Both the position numbers and the translations under genes were made by a program. Below are positions 1-12,114 of a stretch of 64,000 nt of DNA, in pieces (the stretch's first letter is position 1; every line of letters starts with the position of its first letter). Source of the stretch: Tubiluchus corallicola (Eukaryota > Animalia > Priapulida); assembly GCA_030141605.1 (NCBI GenBank), contig JAQGDQ010000446.1, forward strand, positions 124,001 through 188,000, in the 5' to 3' direction. Under the pieces are notes generated by a model, which did not search any database, was not told where the DNA came from, and saw only the letters and a list, made by a program, of their open reading frames with translations.

Positions 1-52
1 CCCTGTCTGACAAATTTCTAGCACTATGTACATCCTTGTATCCAACACCTAC

Positions 53-190
53 CCTCAGCTGAGCCCATGCACGTGACACCGTCTCCAGAATAACCTGTGT
101 CACACTCACAGGTAAAACTCCCATTGGTGTTTCGACAGATGCCATGTTGTGCATCACAGGTATGAACATTGGTTGCACATTCATCTAAGT
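53..190 (-). CDS. Exon encoding a calcium-binding EGF domain (DLDECATNVHTCDAQHGICRNTNGSFTCECDTGYSGDGVTCMGSAE); gene continues off the left edge
   Basis: Canonical cbEGF pattern (D-x-D-E-C, six Cys, C-x-N-T-x-G-S-F-x-C-x-C, GYSGDG); acceptor ctctctttttag at 191-202, donor gtaggt at 47-52; 138 bp phase 1-1. Confidence 0.85.
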
Positions 191-669
191 CTAAAAAGAG
201 AGCACGTAGTTGAAGAAAAAGTCTCAATAAATTCTGTGTTATATATAACGACAAATTAGTGACTAAATCAATGATTAGTTAGTAAATCATTAACATCTCG
301 AAACGAGCAAACATTAGCAACACAAATTATAGGCTACAGATAAATTTCACATCAAAAGCAGTTTTATATTTTCCATTTTACAAGTAAAACTCGTTGATGT
401 TACCCTTCGTCTTTCAGTAAAACGGTGCATGCACCCGAGCCTGCATTGAATTAGGCATCTACACTTACATAACCAAACTCCGCTAATCCTGGAAGGCATG
501 AGTCCTCCAGTTTCAATATGCTCGAGAAACAACGTTGCCAACGTTGCAAACTTTCTACTTCGTTAAAAAGTTTGAATGAAATATTTCATTAAAAAACAAT
601 ACCCTTAACTATCTCACGTTGCAAGAAAAATTAACCAGAAGGTACGGCAGACATATTATTCACACTTAC

Positions 670-760
670 CTACACATTTTGTGCTGATATCTGTGCACTG
701 AAGAAGGAATACTATTAGCGTAAAGAAAGACACAGGATATATTTTTCCAAATTGTTGCAC
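670..760 (-). CDS. Upstream exon of the EGF gene (VQQFGKIYPVSFFTLIVFLLQCTDISTKCV), signal-peptide-like hydrophobic stretch
   Basis: Acceptor tttttatcag (761-770), donor gtaagt (664-669); 91 bp ends in phase 1 and joins in frame to the EGF exon (V-D-L-D-E-C). Start codon exon not located. Confidence 0.7.
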
Positions 761-795
761 CTGATAAAAAGGCAAAGATTATTGTGCGCACATCT

Positions 796-1049
796 AGAGT
801 ATCTGGGGGAATTTCGTCAAACTCTCCATCTAACTCATATACATTTTGGCAATCAAAAAATTAGATAGGTGTAGCAGCTACCACCGCTACAAAACAATGC
901 CATCTATTGACAGCCATCTGTAAACTAATATGTTGCAGTCGTACTGGCTAACACTTCACACCTTTATCGATTTAGTATTTCCTACTAACTAACAAACATG
1001 GATATGTGAGTTCAAATCCTGAATTTGACGAAATTCTGCTAGATACTCT
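796..1049. mobile_element. Short TIR element (MITE), superfamily uncertain
   Basis: Imperfect terminal inverted repeats agagtatctgggggaatttcgtcaaa / tttgacgaaattctgctagatactct. Confidence 0.55.
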
Positions 1050-1207
1050 AAATAAGGGCACATGCTAAAAAACTAAAAAAGTGAAAGTTTCATCACCCCA
1101 AAAAACAGCTTTTCAAGTTATTCCCATGCCTGAATTCCTACTACTCAAGTGGGTCAAAATGCTTTTAAAGACGTATTAAAATTTAGTTTGCTGATCGTCC
1201 AGATTAA

Positions 1208-1597
1208 CCCTTTCATACCCGTTGTATCCCGTGGGATACAAGAATATTTTCTGCCTTTAAAATTAATAAAATCATAAAACTGACAGTTATTTGATCTGTT
1301 AATAGTTATTTTGATTTAAGCCAATAACAACAGACTAAAAATGGTGATAAAATGACAAACTAGAAAATCAACATAGCACAAAAAACTGCGCAAGGCACAG
1401 TACTTTAGAGATGACTTTGTACAGATCAACATAGCGTGTATACTAAATGTCTTAAATACTTTAAAAAATTATCAGCAGTTGCAAAATGAAGCCGATTTTA
1501 TGCTTACATTGAATCCCAATTTTTTGCTTTTGTTGTGTCTTTAAAAAAGTCGGACTTTGTTTTTTCTTACTAAAAAAGTAATTTGGGACTGAAAGGG
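1208..1597 (+). mobile_element. piggyBac-type MITE, copy 1 of 5
   Basis: TTAA flanks, ccctttca...tgaaaggg termini; same sequence at 30215, 31658, 42134, 58772. Confidence 0.8.
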
Positions 1598-2149
1598 TTA
1601 ATGGAGACAATATTTCCTGTCGCTTACATTATATTGTTACCTTTAGAAATATTATAATCCCGAAAAAATAGCACAGCCTTACCATTTTGTTCAGTCCAAC
1701 TTAATAAGTCTGCTGTAGCTTTTCCATACAATAGAGTTACCTATAAAAAGAACTCAGTTTAAAGTTGATCACATTTTCGTTTTTGCATCAGTAATAATTT
1801 TCAATCACGTAATCATCACCATCAGCATCGTTATCATCTTTGCCTCTTTCTCATTTTTACTGTACTCGCCGCACCCATTTAAGAACGGAATAAAGCCAGA
1901 TGCATCTGTTTACCTGTAAACTAAATTCTCGCGTAAATAGTAAAACTGTACAGGTATGTAACCCAGATTTAGTAGGCAGTATTGTTTTTCTAACCATCTT
2001 GTTTGAAGCCACGCCTCGTATGGAGTTGAAGATTATTATTTTTCTATGGTGTGAAACAAATTTCAGATAAACTTCAATTCCTCGTTCTCTTTGATACTTC
2101 CTTGACCACTAAATTCTTCAGTTATATTAATTATTATCATTATCGTTGT

Positions 2150-2404
2150 GGTAATCATCACCACCACCACCACCATCATCATCATCGTCAACGACAACAA
2201 CAACATCATCATCACCGTTATCGTCGTCATCATCAACAACAACAACATCATCAGCATCATCAGCATCAACGACAACAACAACATCATCATCACCATTATC
2301 ATCGTGATCAAAAACAACCACAACAACAACATCATTATCCTCATCGTCATGATCATCACCGTTATCGTTGCCATCATCGTCATCATCATCATCAACAACA
2401 ACAA

Positions 2405-2436
<32 letters not shown>

Positions 2437-2806
2437 GTTATCGTTGCCATCATCATCATCATCAACGACAACAACAACAACATCATCATCATCATCATCA
2501 CCGTTATCGTTGCCATCATCATCATCATCAACGACAACAACAACATCCTCATCACCGTCATCGTCGCCATCATCATCATCATCAACGACAACAACAACAA
2601 CATCGTCATCACCGTTATCATTGCCATCATCGTCATCATCATCATCAACAACAACAACATCATCATCATCACCGTTATCGTTGCCATCATCGTCATCATC
2701 ATCATCAACAACAACAACAACAACAACATTATCATCATCATCGTCATCATCAACAACAACAACATCATTATCATCATCATCGTCATCATCATCAACACTG
2801 TCATCA
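2150..2806. repeat. Compound (CAT)n/(CAA)n microsatellite
   Basis: Direct inspection; yields low-complexity ORFs in all frames. Confidence 0.95.
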
Positions 2807-3538
2807 ATCTCGATGGGCAATGAGTCTATAAAATCTTCGTGATTACAAGTTATGATAAGTAGTATTACTAAACTCACCAAAATCCAAACGCAAACCTATA
2901 GTCAGTAGACCTTCGAATCAGACAACCAAATATGAATGCAAGTCTGATATTATGCTGAAGGAATTGAAAGGACAGGGTGCTGTGAAGGAAATGGTGACGC
3001 AAATGAGCTTTGTTATCAAGAGCTGGTTAATTATTAAACATGCAAAGATCAGCTCCGGTGAAATGACGTTAGTTGAAAAGAATGCAGAGCAACTCTTTGA
3101 TAACGATGACGATCACAATAGATTATTTCAATCATCATGTTTCCATACAACTTCATTGTAAAAGCTGCAATAAAAGCTGATGATGACATTGACAAGACGA
3201 AACCTTGCTGCTTCTATGTTCACATGGCTGCATGAGATGTACATCACGATTTAATGAAAGAATTTAAATTAATAATGCAGGTGAGCTATTATGTTCTACA
3301 GGCAGTGTCAGATAATCCAATAGGCTAGTATATTATCTCATAGGCTCACACTCTGGCAACATTTTGTTTTTTCACAACAATTGCATTGAAATATATGCTA
3401 ATTTGATTTGCAATAAACAGCAAAATAGTGGTGTGTCTTAAATAACATTTTTATTGACAAACGAAAGATAGTTATTCTAATTTATTAAAAGAATTTGTAA
3501 TAAGTTTACTTCAAGCTATGTAAATGTTGCTAAAATAT

Positions 3539-4030
3539 CTTATCCTTCTTCCCCCGCAACGTGCGGGGTCGCCGTTGTGAATGAGTCTTCTCCACGCATT
3601 CCTGTTGTTGACCATCTCTTCATTTATGTCTTCCTTTCCCACATGATCTTCACCGACTCTTCTTTTCAGGTGTCCATACCATCGCAATCTTGCAAGGCTT
3701 CCACTACTTTTACTGTTCCTCTGATATTATTATTTCTAATTTTATCACTTCTTGTTATTCCCACCATTCATCTCAACATCCTCATCTCCACCACACCCAT
3801 TTTCTTCTCTTCGGTTTTCTTTAGAGAAGCTGCTTCCAGCCCATAGATTAGAGCGGGTCTGACCACTTCTTTGTGGACTTTCCCTTTAAGTCTCACCGAC
3901 TTATTCATAGAAACTTTTGGCGCAGTTTTTAAAGGCGGATGCCCTTCCTGACCCTAACCCTCCCTATTTATCCGGGCTTGGCACCGGCACTGAGTTGGGC
4001 TGGCTTGCCCCCCCCCCCCAGTGGCTAGGT
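3539..4030 (-). mobile_element. Internally deleted non-autonomous RTE-clade retrotransposon (5' end joined to 3' end)
   Basis: Shares 3' segment with 23184-23553; flanked by 18-bp direct repeat taaatgttgctaaaatat (3521-3538 and 4031-4048). Confidence 0.75.
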
Positions 4031-5087
4031 TAAATGTTGCTAAAATATATCACCAATAAAAAATATTCACACATGTGCAAGCGAGTTAAAGGGTGGCTCT
4101 GTCTGAGAGGCGCTCATAATTTCAATAGCCTTGGAGCCCCAGAACGTCACGATCCAATCCTGACCTATAAGCGCTGCAGCTTTTGGCTAACGAATCTTCA
4201 GCAGCAAAAAAATAAATTGCAATTTTTGAAGAAGATCAACATTTGAAAAAAGGCAAACGTGTTGCTGCTGTTGCTTTATAAGTCTTCATAACAACAGCGC
4301 CATTGTTTGTAACCTCTTCTACAGCAGCGCAAAGTTTATCTCTTTTTACCAAGGTGATATTCTTGTTGTTCTTGTAGCTGTCATTGCTACTGTTGCTGCT
4401 GCTGTCATTGGTGGTGGTTGTGGTAGTGGTGGCGGTGGCGGTGGTATTGGTATTGGTAGGCTTATTGGTGTTGGTGGTGGCGGTGGTATTGGTATTGGTA
4501 GGCTTATTGGTGTTGGTGTTGGTGGTGGCGGTGGTATTGGTATTGGTAGGCTTATTGGTGTTGGTGGTGACGATTTTGATAGCAGTCTGATCGGAGAATT
4601 CATTTCTTCATATTTGAGTCATCTGGATGCTTCTTGTCACATTCAAACAAAAAACTCCTTGACAGGGAATGTTTATTGCTGTGTGGGGATAGTAAATGCT
4701 TGCTTATGTCTAAGGATTATGCTTGTGTTATAAAGTATATTTCAGTTGCCATTGTTATTATGTTTCTGTTAAAAGATTGTTATTTCAGTTCAGTTTTATT
4801 TCAGTTATTTTCAGTTTGATTCTTTTATTATGCACTTATTATTACTGTGTATGAATTGTACTAACACGTTATAAGCATATCAATTTAATGTCATTCGTAA
4901 CAATTTAGTTTTTATTATAAGCAGTACTAACACTATTACACTGTAGCATAGCGCCTATAGAAATGTTCATCACTAACCAAAGGGCAGCTGACTAGATGAC
5001 CAATTGGTCTTTCGATGCCCTTTCTTCACATTTTTGTTTCCAAATTAATTATATTATAACTGTTCGTGTGTTACAAGATAAATAAAA

Positions 5088-5233
<146 letters not shown>

Positions 5234-5489
5234 TAAATAAAGGTATCATGGTTGATTTTTGCTAATAATGTAGAGAACTGGCAACATTTCACAGCTTTCG
5301 CAACGTAAGGATGGTTATTGACTTGAATGGAATTCGCACCGTGTAAGAAACTTACGATGCATACTCTATAGACATTTAGCTTTTTGACAAATACCTGCTA
5401 TCGTCTGCTTTAAGTCAATATTTCTTACTCGCCCTTAGTTGGAAACCCTAAGACCGAAAATGTGCCCAACTAATATGGCGCTGCCAGAC

Positions 5490-5690
5490 GTAGAGACGTC
5501 TTACCAAGTGTAGATGTATTTAAGAAAAGGTTAGACAAGCATTGGGCTGGGAAAGACACCTGGGAAAGAGGCCTTGCAATTACAAGGCCTATCTTGAGGA
5601 TACGGATACGAACATGTATACACGACTTGGCTAGAAATTTACTTTGCCAAAATAACATAAACTAACATAAGGTATAAGGTAAGACAACTT
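5490..5690 (+). mobile_element. Probable CR1-type LINE 3' remnant
   Basis: Translates to ...PSVDVFKKRLDKHW..., resembling the C-terminal motif of CR1-clade ORF2, followed by short ggtaa/ataa repeats. Confidence 0.4.
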
Positions 5691-6110
5691 GTTGCGCAAC
5701 ATCTGTCCGAGAGAAGTTGCCAAGCCGTTCACACGTTGCAACTTTACTCTCAGAGAGAAGTTGCCAAACCGTTCACAACTTGCAAATTTACTCTAAGGGA
5801 GAGAAGAGCGGGAGAGAAGTCTCTACGTCCGAACGCGTCGTTAACACTCTTGTTATTTGAAAGTTTTGAAACATATAAAAAGTAGCTCGAGTTTTAGAAT
5901 ACTACCTAACAATAGCGAAACCTTTAACACAATGCAAATTCCAAATAAGACGAAAGCTATGAAAAACCGTTCGAAAGTTGTCGTTAGAAACACCCACAGT
6001 TACAAGTCTTTGGTCATCAGAATGTCTGGAAAAAGAAAAAATCTTCGGTCTGAAAACTTTTTCAACAATGAGAGAAAGATTAGAGACTGACACAGACAGC
6101 ACTAAAGAGA

Positions 6111-7619
6111 ATGGATCGTCTACAGAAACGTAATCAGGAACTGGAAGCCACTCGATCACACCTACAAAATCAACTCCACAACAGAGAATTAGAACTACAT
6201 CGAGTGACGACGAATCACAAAACATTAGAGAAACAACTTGAAGTGGAAAAAGCAGAAAACGCTCGTTTACGTAATCAAACAGAGGCCACTGCACAGAATT
6301 TGGGATCCTTGAAATCAAACGAAGAGCTCAGAAAACACGAAACTAACATCGGCGATCTAGAAAAGGACAAGCTGAACGAAATTACAGCTAAGAAAAGCAG
6401 AGAACTAAATAAGACACGTCATAGACTAGAGGAGCTCGAGTCAAGATGTGATAGGCTCCTTTCAGAAAAAAGAAACTTGGAAAATGAGCTGAGCACGGTG
6501 AAAATGAAATTAGCCAGATTAGAATCAGCTAACTTTTGGGGTGAGAAAACAAACACGAAGTACCCTATTCAGTTGCCAGCAAGTTTGCAAGCAGCAACGA
6601 CGACGACATCAACTGCCGCAAACGACATTAGCCTCAAACTAGAGAATGAACGTCTGAAGTGTACCCTTCAGATGACTGAGCAGCAAAAGAACAATGTAGG
6701 GCACGAACTATCTGCTTTGCACCGGACGGTGAATGGACTAGAAGAAGAACTGCAAGGTGTAAAAGATCTAGTGAACATTTCGCGTAGAGAGATAGATGAT
6801 AAGAATATTGAACTGGCTTATCACGAACATGAAAGAGATCGATTGAAACTGCACGGAGAAGCGGAAATAGATAAGATCAGAGCGAGGCTGCAGGCAAAAA
6901 ATGTAGAACTGGATCAACTGGCAAACCTATTTCAGATGTCACAGGTAAGACTGCAAGAATCACAATCTCGCATTGAAGCACTGAACGAACAAGGTCAAGC
7001 CCAGACAAAGGAGATGACAAGTATGCTAATAAATACAGAAAAACTGACACAACAACTACAGTTCACCAAGGAGAGGCAAAAGCTGGCAGAAGACTTGTAC
7101 CAGTCTTTGCGAGGTCAGTTTGACTCATCGCAAGCCAAGATGGCAGAAATCAGCAAAGAGAACGCAGATTTAAAAAACGAACTGAACCGTTGGCGGTCTA
7201 CTGCCCAAGAATTACGTATAAATCTGGAAACAAATAATCGTGAAAGAGCAACCCTAAGCGAACAGCTAGAAACAGTGCAGACCGAAGCACGCAATGTTGA
7301 GGAACAAGCGCTGGCAAAATCCTCCCGGAGAAAACACACGTTCCAGAAGCGGATCTCAGAACTGGAATCCGAGGTCAGCCGTTGGAAAGCCGAGTGTCTC
7401 GCAATGAAAACGGCAAAGGAAGAGACAGAGCGGAGCTTGTCGTCGCGTCTCTCAGACATCCAAGAAAAATACGAGACGCTGAGCTCAAGCAGCAAGGGCA
7501 TGACAGATTATATTAACTTTGTGAAGTCATCTTATGCCAGTGTGTTCCAAGACCCTCTGGTTTCCAGTAGCACACCAGTTAAAACTCAAGGAGCAGATTC
7601 AGGTGTACATCAATTGTAG
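6111..7619 (+). CDS. ODF2: Outer dense fiber protein 2 / cenexin-like coiled-coil protein (502 aa, single-exon ORF)
   Basis: Continuous heptad coiled coil; motifs EATRSHLQNQL, LKLENERLK and C-terminal SSRLSDIQEKYE...MTDYINFVKSSYASVF match my recollection of ODF2/cenexin (ETRAHLQGQL, FKLENERLK, QSRLQDLKDRLE...MQNYVQFLKSSYANVF). Confidence 0.8.
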   Translation: MDRLQKRNQELEATRSHLQNQLHNRELELHRVTTNHKTLEKQLEVEKAENARLRNQTEATAQNLGSLKSNEELRKHETNIGDLEKDKLNEITAKKSRELNKTRHRLEELESRCDRLLSEKRNLENELSTVKMKLARLESANFWGEKTNTKYPIQLPASLQAATTTTSTAANDISLKLENERLKCTLQMTEQQKNNVGHELSALHRTVNGLEEELQGVKDLVNISRREIDDKNIELAYHEHERDRLKLHGEAEIDKIRARLQAKNVELDQLANLFQMSQVRLQESQSRIEALNEQGQAQTKEMTSMLINTEKLTQQLQFTKERQKLAEDLYQSLRGQFDSSQAKMAEISKENADLKNELNRWRSTAQELRINLETNNRERATLSEQLETVQTEARNVEEQALAKSSRRKHTFQKRISELESEVSRWKAECLAMKTAKEETERSLSSRLSDIQEKYETLSSSSKGMTDYINFVKSSYASVFQDPLVSSSTPVKTQGADSGVHQL

Positions 7620-7751
7620 TCCGAGTGATAATTTCTCTGACAGGTAAGAACAGGTGAAATAAACGACATTCTTTCAGCACTGTTTGAAATACTTGGGTAT
7701 TTTTCTTCTGGAATTTCAGATGGTAATGTAAGTGTAAGAGTCCTAGTAAAT

Positions 7752-8243
7752 CAGGGGTGTGCAAATTATCTGACTAGCCGGGCCACATTAAACTTTCCTG
7801 CAATTCCTGCGGGCCACAGGCAGTTTGATCGAGGAGCCAAGTACAGAAAGGCCTAATAACGATTTTTTGCATCCGACCTGCGTACATCATTACTACTGGA
7901 CTCAAGAAACTATTTTAGAAGTTATTAAAATTTATATTACAAACCATATATTTCTACTTTCAGAACAGATAGTGGTAATTTCATTACAATGCATACTAGT
8001 AATGTGTATCGCACAGTCTGTGTAGTACAGTGACATTAAGCTACAACCGTCTTGTAAGGGTTAATGGCATCCGATCTAGTAGAAAAAACTACCCGCACTA
8101 TCTTTGGGATCGTGGCACGGACTTCAGTAGGATACACTCAATTAATCGCCCAGGCCGCACTTTCATTAGGTTGACAAATCTCTTCGCGGGCCGCACAAAT
8201 TCTCTCGGCAGGCCGCAAGTGGCCCGCAATTCGCACACCCTTG
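7752..8243 (+). mobile_element. hAT (Charlie-like) MITE, copy 1 of 5
   Basis: TIR caggggtgtgcaaat; 8-bp TSD tagtaaat/tagtaaag; other copies at 22254, 26199, 30881, 44570. Confidence 0.85.
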
Positions 8244-8993
8244 TAGTAAAGAGTACGATCCGTCTGTTTTCTGTACAATCTTACCCTGTTTACAGCACAA
8301 AATGTACACGACACCAATGAGTACCTTGAGACTAACCCTGAAACCATGTTTTAATTTTATCAGCTTGGATAAATACATTGAAATAAGCCTACAAAATAAA
8401 TTGAAATTTTTGATAAGTACTACAAGACTAAATAAATTCTCATGTGCCTCTTTTGTGTTTTGAAACCTGTACAAGTTTTGGCAAATCTGATACACAAACA
8501 ATGGAAAATGTAATTTGGCTTGTCACACAATTTAATTAGTATCTTTCTCGTGTAGAACACTACTTATCATCTTTTGACTTGTTTGTTCTCTATGCATATT
8601 TTCACTTAACACAAACAAATACCTGTATCCACTATAACAGACATTACTCTGGCCGGCTTCTGTTACGCTACACACTAATTTAGTGTTGGTAAGATTTTTT
8701 TTTAACTACTACGTCTACGAAAGTTAATATTTGTCCACCAAGAAGGAACGTTTTTGCAAATTCTAGTAAATCATCAAAGAATGCTGCAGCTTTACCAAAA
8801 TGGTGACCAACATGGTTCTGACGTCACTGTTTATAAATCAATAATAGGAAGTTCATGTCTCTGCATTATTGTTCAGGTACAGGTCTGTCTTTGTGAACCT
8901 GGCCTATAGATAATGTCCCTCTTCCACGCTGTTCTTGCAAACATAACCTGTGGCAATGCTCCCAGTCCACTCTGCCCATGTAAACCTGACCCC

Positions 8994-9011
8994 CCTCTCT
9001 CTCTCTTTCTT

Positions 9012-9075
<64 letters not shown>

Positions 9076-9100
9076 ATTCTCTCTCTATCTCTCTATCTCT

Positions 9101-9176
<76 letters not shown>

Positions 9177-9199
9177 ATTCTCTCTCTATCTCTGCTCTC

Positions 9200-9286
<87 letters not shown>

Positions 9287-9300
9287 CTCTCTTCTCACTC
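8994..9300. repeat. (CT)n microsatellite
   Basis: Direct inspection. Confidence 0.95.
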
Positions 9301-11088
9301 TGAGCACGTGCAGCACTTTACATACACCAAAATTATTCTTGCAAACAATCAAATTTTTTTATAATAATGGTTGATTTACTAAATAATAGTTCCAAAAATG
9401 GCATCACAAATCCTTGGTAACAACGTTAAGTACTTAAGAAAAGTTATTGCACAACCTATGAAATGACTCTCTTATTCAGCAATATACAGTGACCATAAGA
9501 AACACATTTACTTGGTATCCATTACAGTTCAGCTATTCCAAAGTACCATTACAAAATATGTCAGTTAATACAAAAAGGCCAAATTAAGGTACAACATCGA
9601 AATTATCCCATATTTATCCCATCGTTTCAAGAAAAGCATTCTGTTAGGAAATTCAAGAGAAAATATTACATAACTTTTTATGTAAGTGTAATAATAATTA
9701 TTTTTAAGTTACTCGCTGACGAATAACTCTATATAGCCATTTAAGGGTCCTAATTTAAAGGTTTTAATTCAGTTTGCCTGGTTTGATTTTCATTCTTGAG
9801 GTACATAACTCTGCCATTCACTCATTGAGCATCAAGGCATACTAAATTTTCGCAAAAATCTGGTTCCATGACGACTTGTTAACATCATTCCAGGAGCAGT
9901 AAGCAAAGACAACGTAGAATGTTTGTGCATTATTGATCATCAATGGACACGTTTGTCATTTCATACGTGTAAAATATTTGCGTTGTTGCTGCTGCTTCTT
10001 GCATGGTGTGTGTGGGGTCGTTTTTTAAAAATTATTGTGATGACTATACAGCACTATTGCAGAAAAAAGAACTGATGGAAGGACATCATCCAAAACAGTA
10101 TGTTACTAAAATACGTGTGGTTTTTTTATAAATACGTACAAAGCAAAGCATATGTGCATGTGCAGCAAGTAAACCAATGCTTCGCATTCCAGAATAATTC
10201 TGATGGATGTTGAGATTACGGTTTCTACCACTGTGCCTGTTTCTTCTAAACAGAACCAACGAAATGCACAACGATAGTAACAGCTGATACAAATTATTTT
10301 TTGCAAACTTTTTGGTACATTTCAAAATTCGCTAGTCTCTCCTTAAATGTGCGACTAGATCGATGGAAAATATATGAACCATAAAAAACGCACCTAATAA
10401 CACAATTTAGTATCTCATTCAACAAACTTATATTATTCTTCGGAAAGTTGAATCTGATTACAAAAACAGCAAACAGACAATCCTGGCATTAAAATCCCTG
10501 AGGAAATGACCACAGTGAAACTAAAATCAACTAATAAAATACATAATTTTGATTGAAATGCAACAAATAAAAGACTAGACACTTCATACGACTAGTTACG
10601 GGTATTACTTTTGGTTCAACGAAGAGCATTACTCAAAGTGGCTTAATACAAAAATGGCATAAACAACAACAAAGTTAAATTTTGCAGTAATGTACTTAAC
10701 AAAATACATTTATTAATTCACAGTTTGCCGCATAATAATTTGAAATGCTCATGCTAGCAACACTGCGCTGATCATTGCATCCGCGGCATTTCTTATAGCA
10801 AACCAACATACATCACAAACAGACAAACAAAATCTGAAAACTGTTTAACTAAAAAGGCTTAATGTCCAACCCCATACTGGTTGATACTGGCTAACAAAAA
10901 TAAGTAAACAAACTATTCAAGGACAAAAACAAAAAAACAATTTCTACGAAGTAAGTAAACAAACTATTCAAGGACAAAACAAAAAAACAATTTCTACGAA
11001 GTAAGTAAACAAACTATTTCTACAAATTCTAGAATCAAATATTTAAGTTCTAAATTAACTACTTTGTCAAACTACCAATTTGCTTAAC

Positions 11089-11869
11089 CAGTGGCGGCTC
11101 GTAGGTAAATCTTGCAAGAGCGCTGCTACAGAAAATTTGTATTCATTGTTTTAATATTGTATAAAACAAAACAAGCATATAAATAGAAAATTTATACATA
11201 CATTTGTTAAAATACTAAACAATTTTTTTTACTTACTAACAGCCAAAATTGTTACAGTTTAAGTTACATTAATCTAATGATGATGATGAGATGATGATGA
11301 TGTTGAGGAGGATGAGGAGGATGATGATGTGATGATAATGTGATGATGATGCGACGATGATGAGTTGATGATGATGAGATGGTGATGATGTGATGATGAT
11401 GTGATGATGATGCGACGATGAGTTGATGATGATGAAATGGTGATGATATGATGATGATGTGATGATGAGATGATGATGATGAGACGATGATGAGATGATG
11501 ATGATGAGGGTGAGGATGATGATGAGATGATGATGGTGAAATAAAATTTATTCTTCTTGTTTTACTTTGCATTAATAATTTTCTTCTTGGTCATCGCTAC
11601 ATGTTTTCTCTCTATCTGACGTATCTTAACTAAAACATGTGCGGATGGTCGCATGCGCACAACAGCCAAACACCATGTTGCTGGAGCTGTGAATCGCACA
11701 GTGCCGTCACGTGCTCTGGTTCTGTACAAAAATTTACAGTCACGTACAAGTATAAAGTATAAATAAAGAATTAAAGAAAAAAGACTCATTATGTTGAAAA
11801 TAATCGATATTATCAAATGAAAATAGGGGGTGCTGCAGTTCCGCAGTGCCTATGCACAAGCCGCCACTG
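11089..11869. mobile_element. hAT-type non-autonomous element carrying an internal (GAT)n microsatellite
   Basis: TIR cagtggcggct / agccgccactg; 8-bp TSD tgcttaac/ttcttaac. Confidence 0.7.
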
Positions 11870-12114
11870 TTCTTAACCCTGTTCCCGAAATTTGGTTCAA
11901 TTTTCACTCGAGTAGTGACACGAGTAACAACCACTTGGATTCGAACATATCATGTGTGCACCAACTGAGTTGTGATTACACGAATTTTATTGGTCTAAAT
12001 CATTACGTGAAATGTCTATGTATCGTCTGAAAAAGTGACATTTTTGCTTGTCAAAACAACAGACAGCGTCCTCAAAAAATGCAGGCATAATTAAAAAAAT
12101 CAATTATGCCAAAA

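Noticed and set aside
2051-2880. Long His/Gln/Ser/Asp-rich ORFs in all six frames
   Set aside because: Translations of a (CAT)/(CAA) microsatellite; no splice or homology support
2952-3290. 69-aa ORF followed by a caggtgag donor
   Set aside because: Frame interrupted by stops before the donor; no recognisable homology
8030-8320. Recurrent ORF MTLSYNRLVRVNGIRSSRKNYPHYLWDRGTDF (also 22520, 26466, 44527)
   Set aside because: Internal sequence of the hAT MITE; frames broken differently among copies
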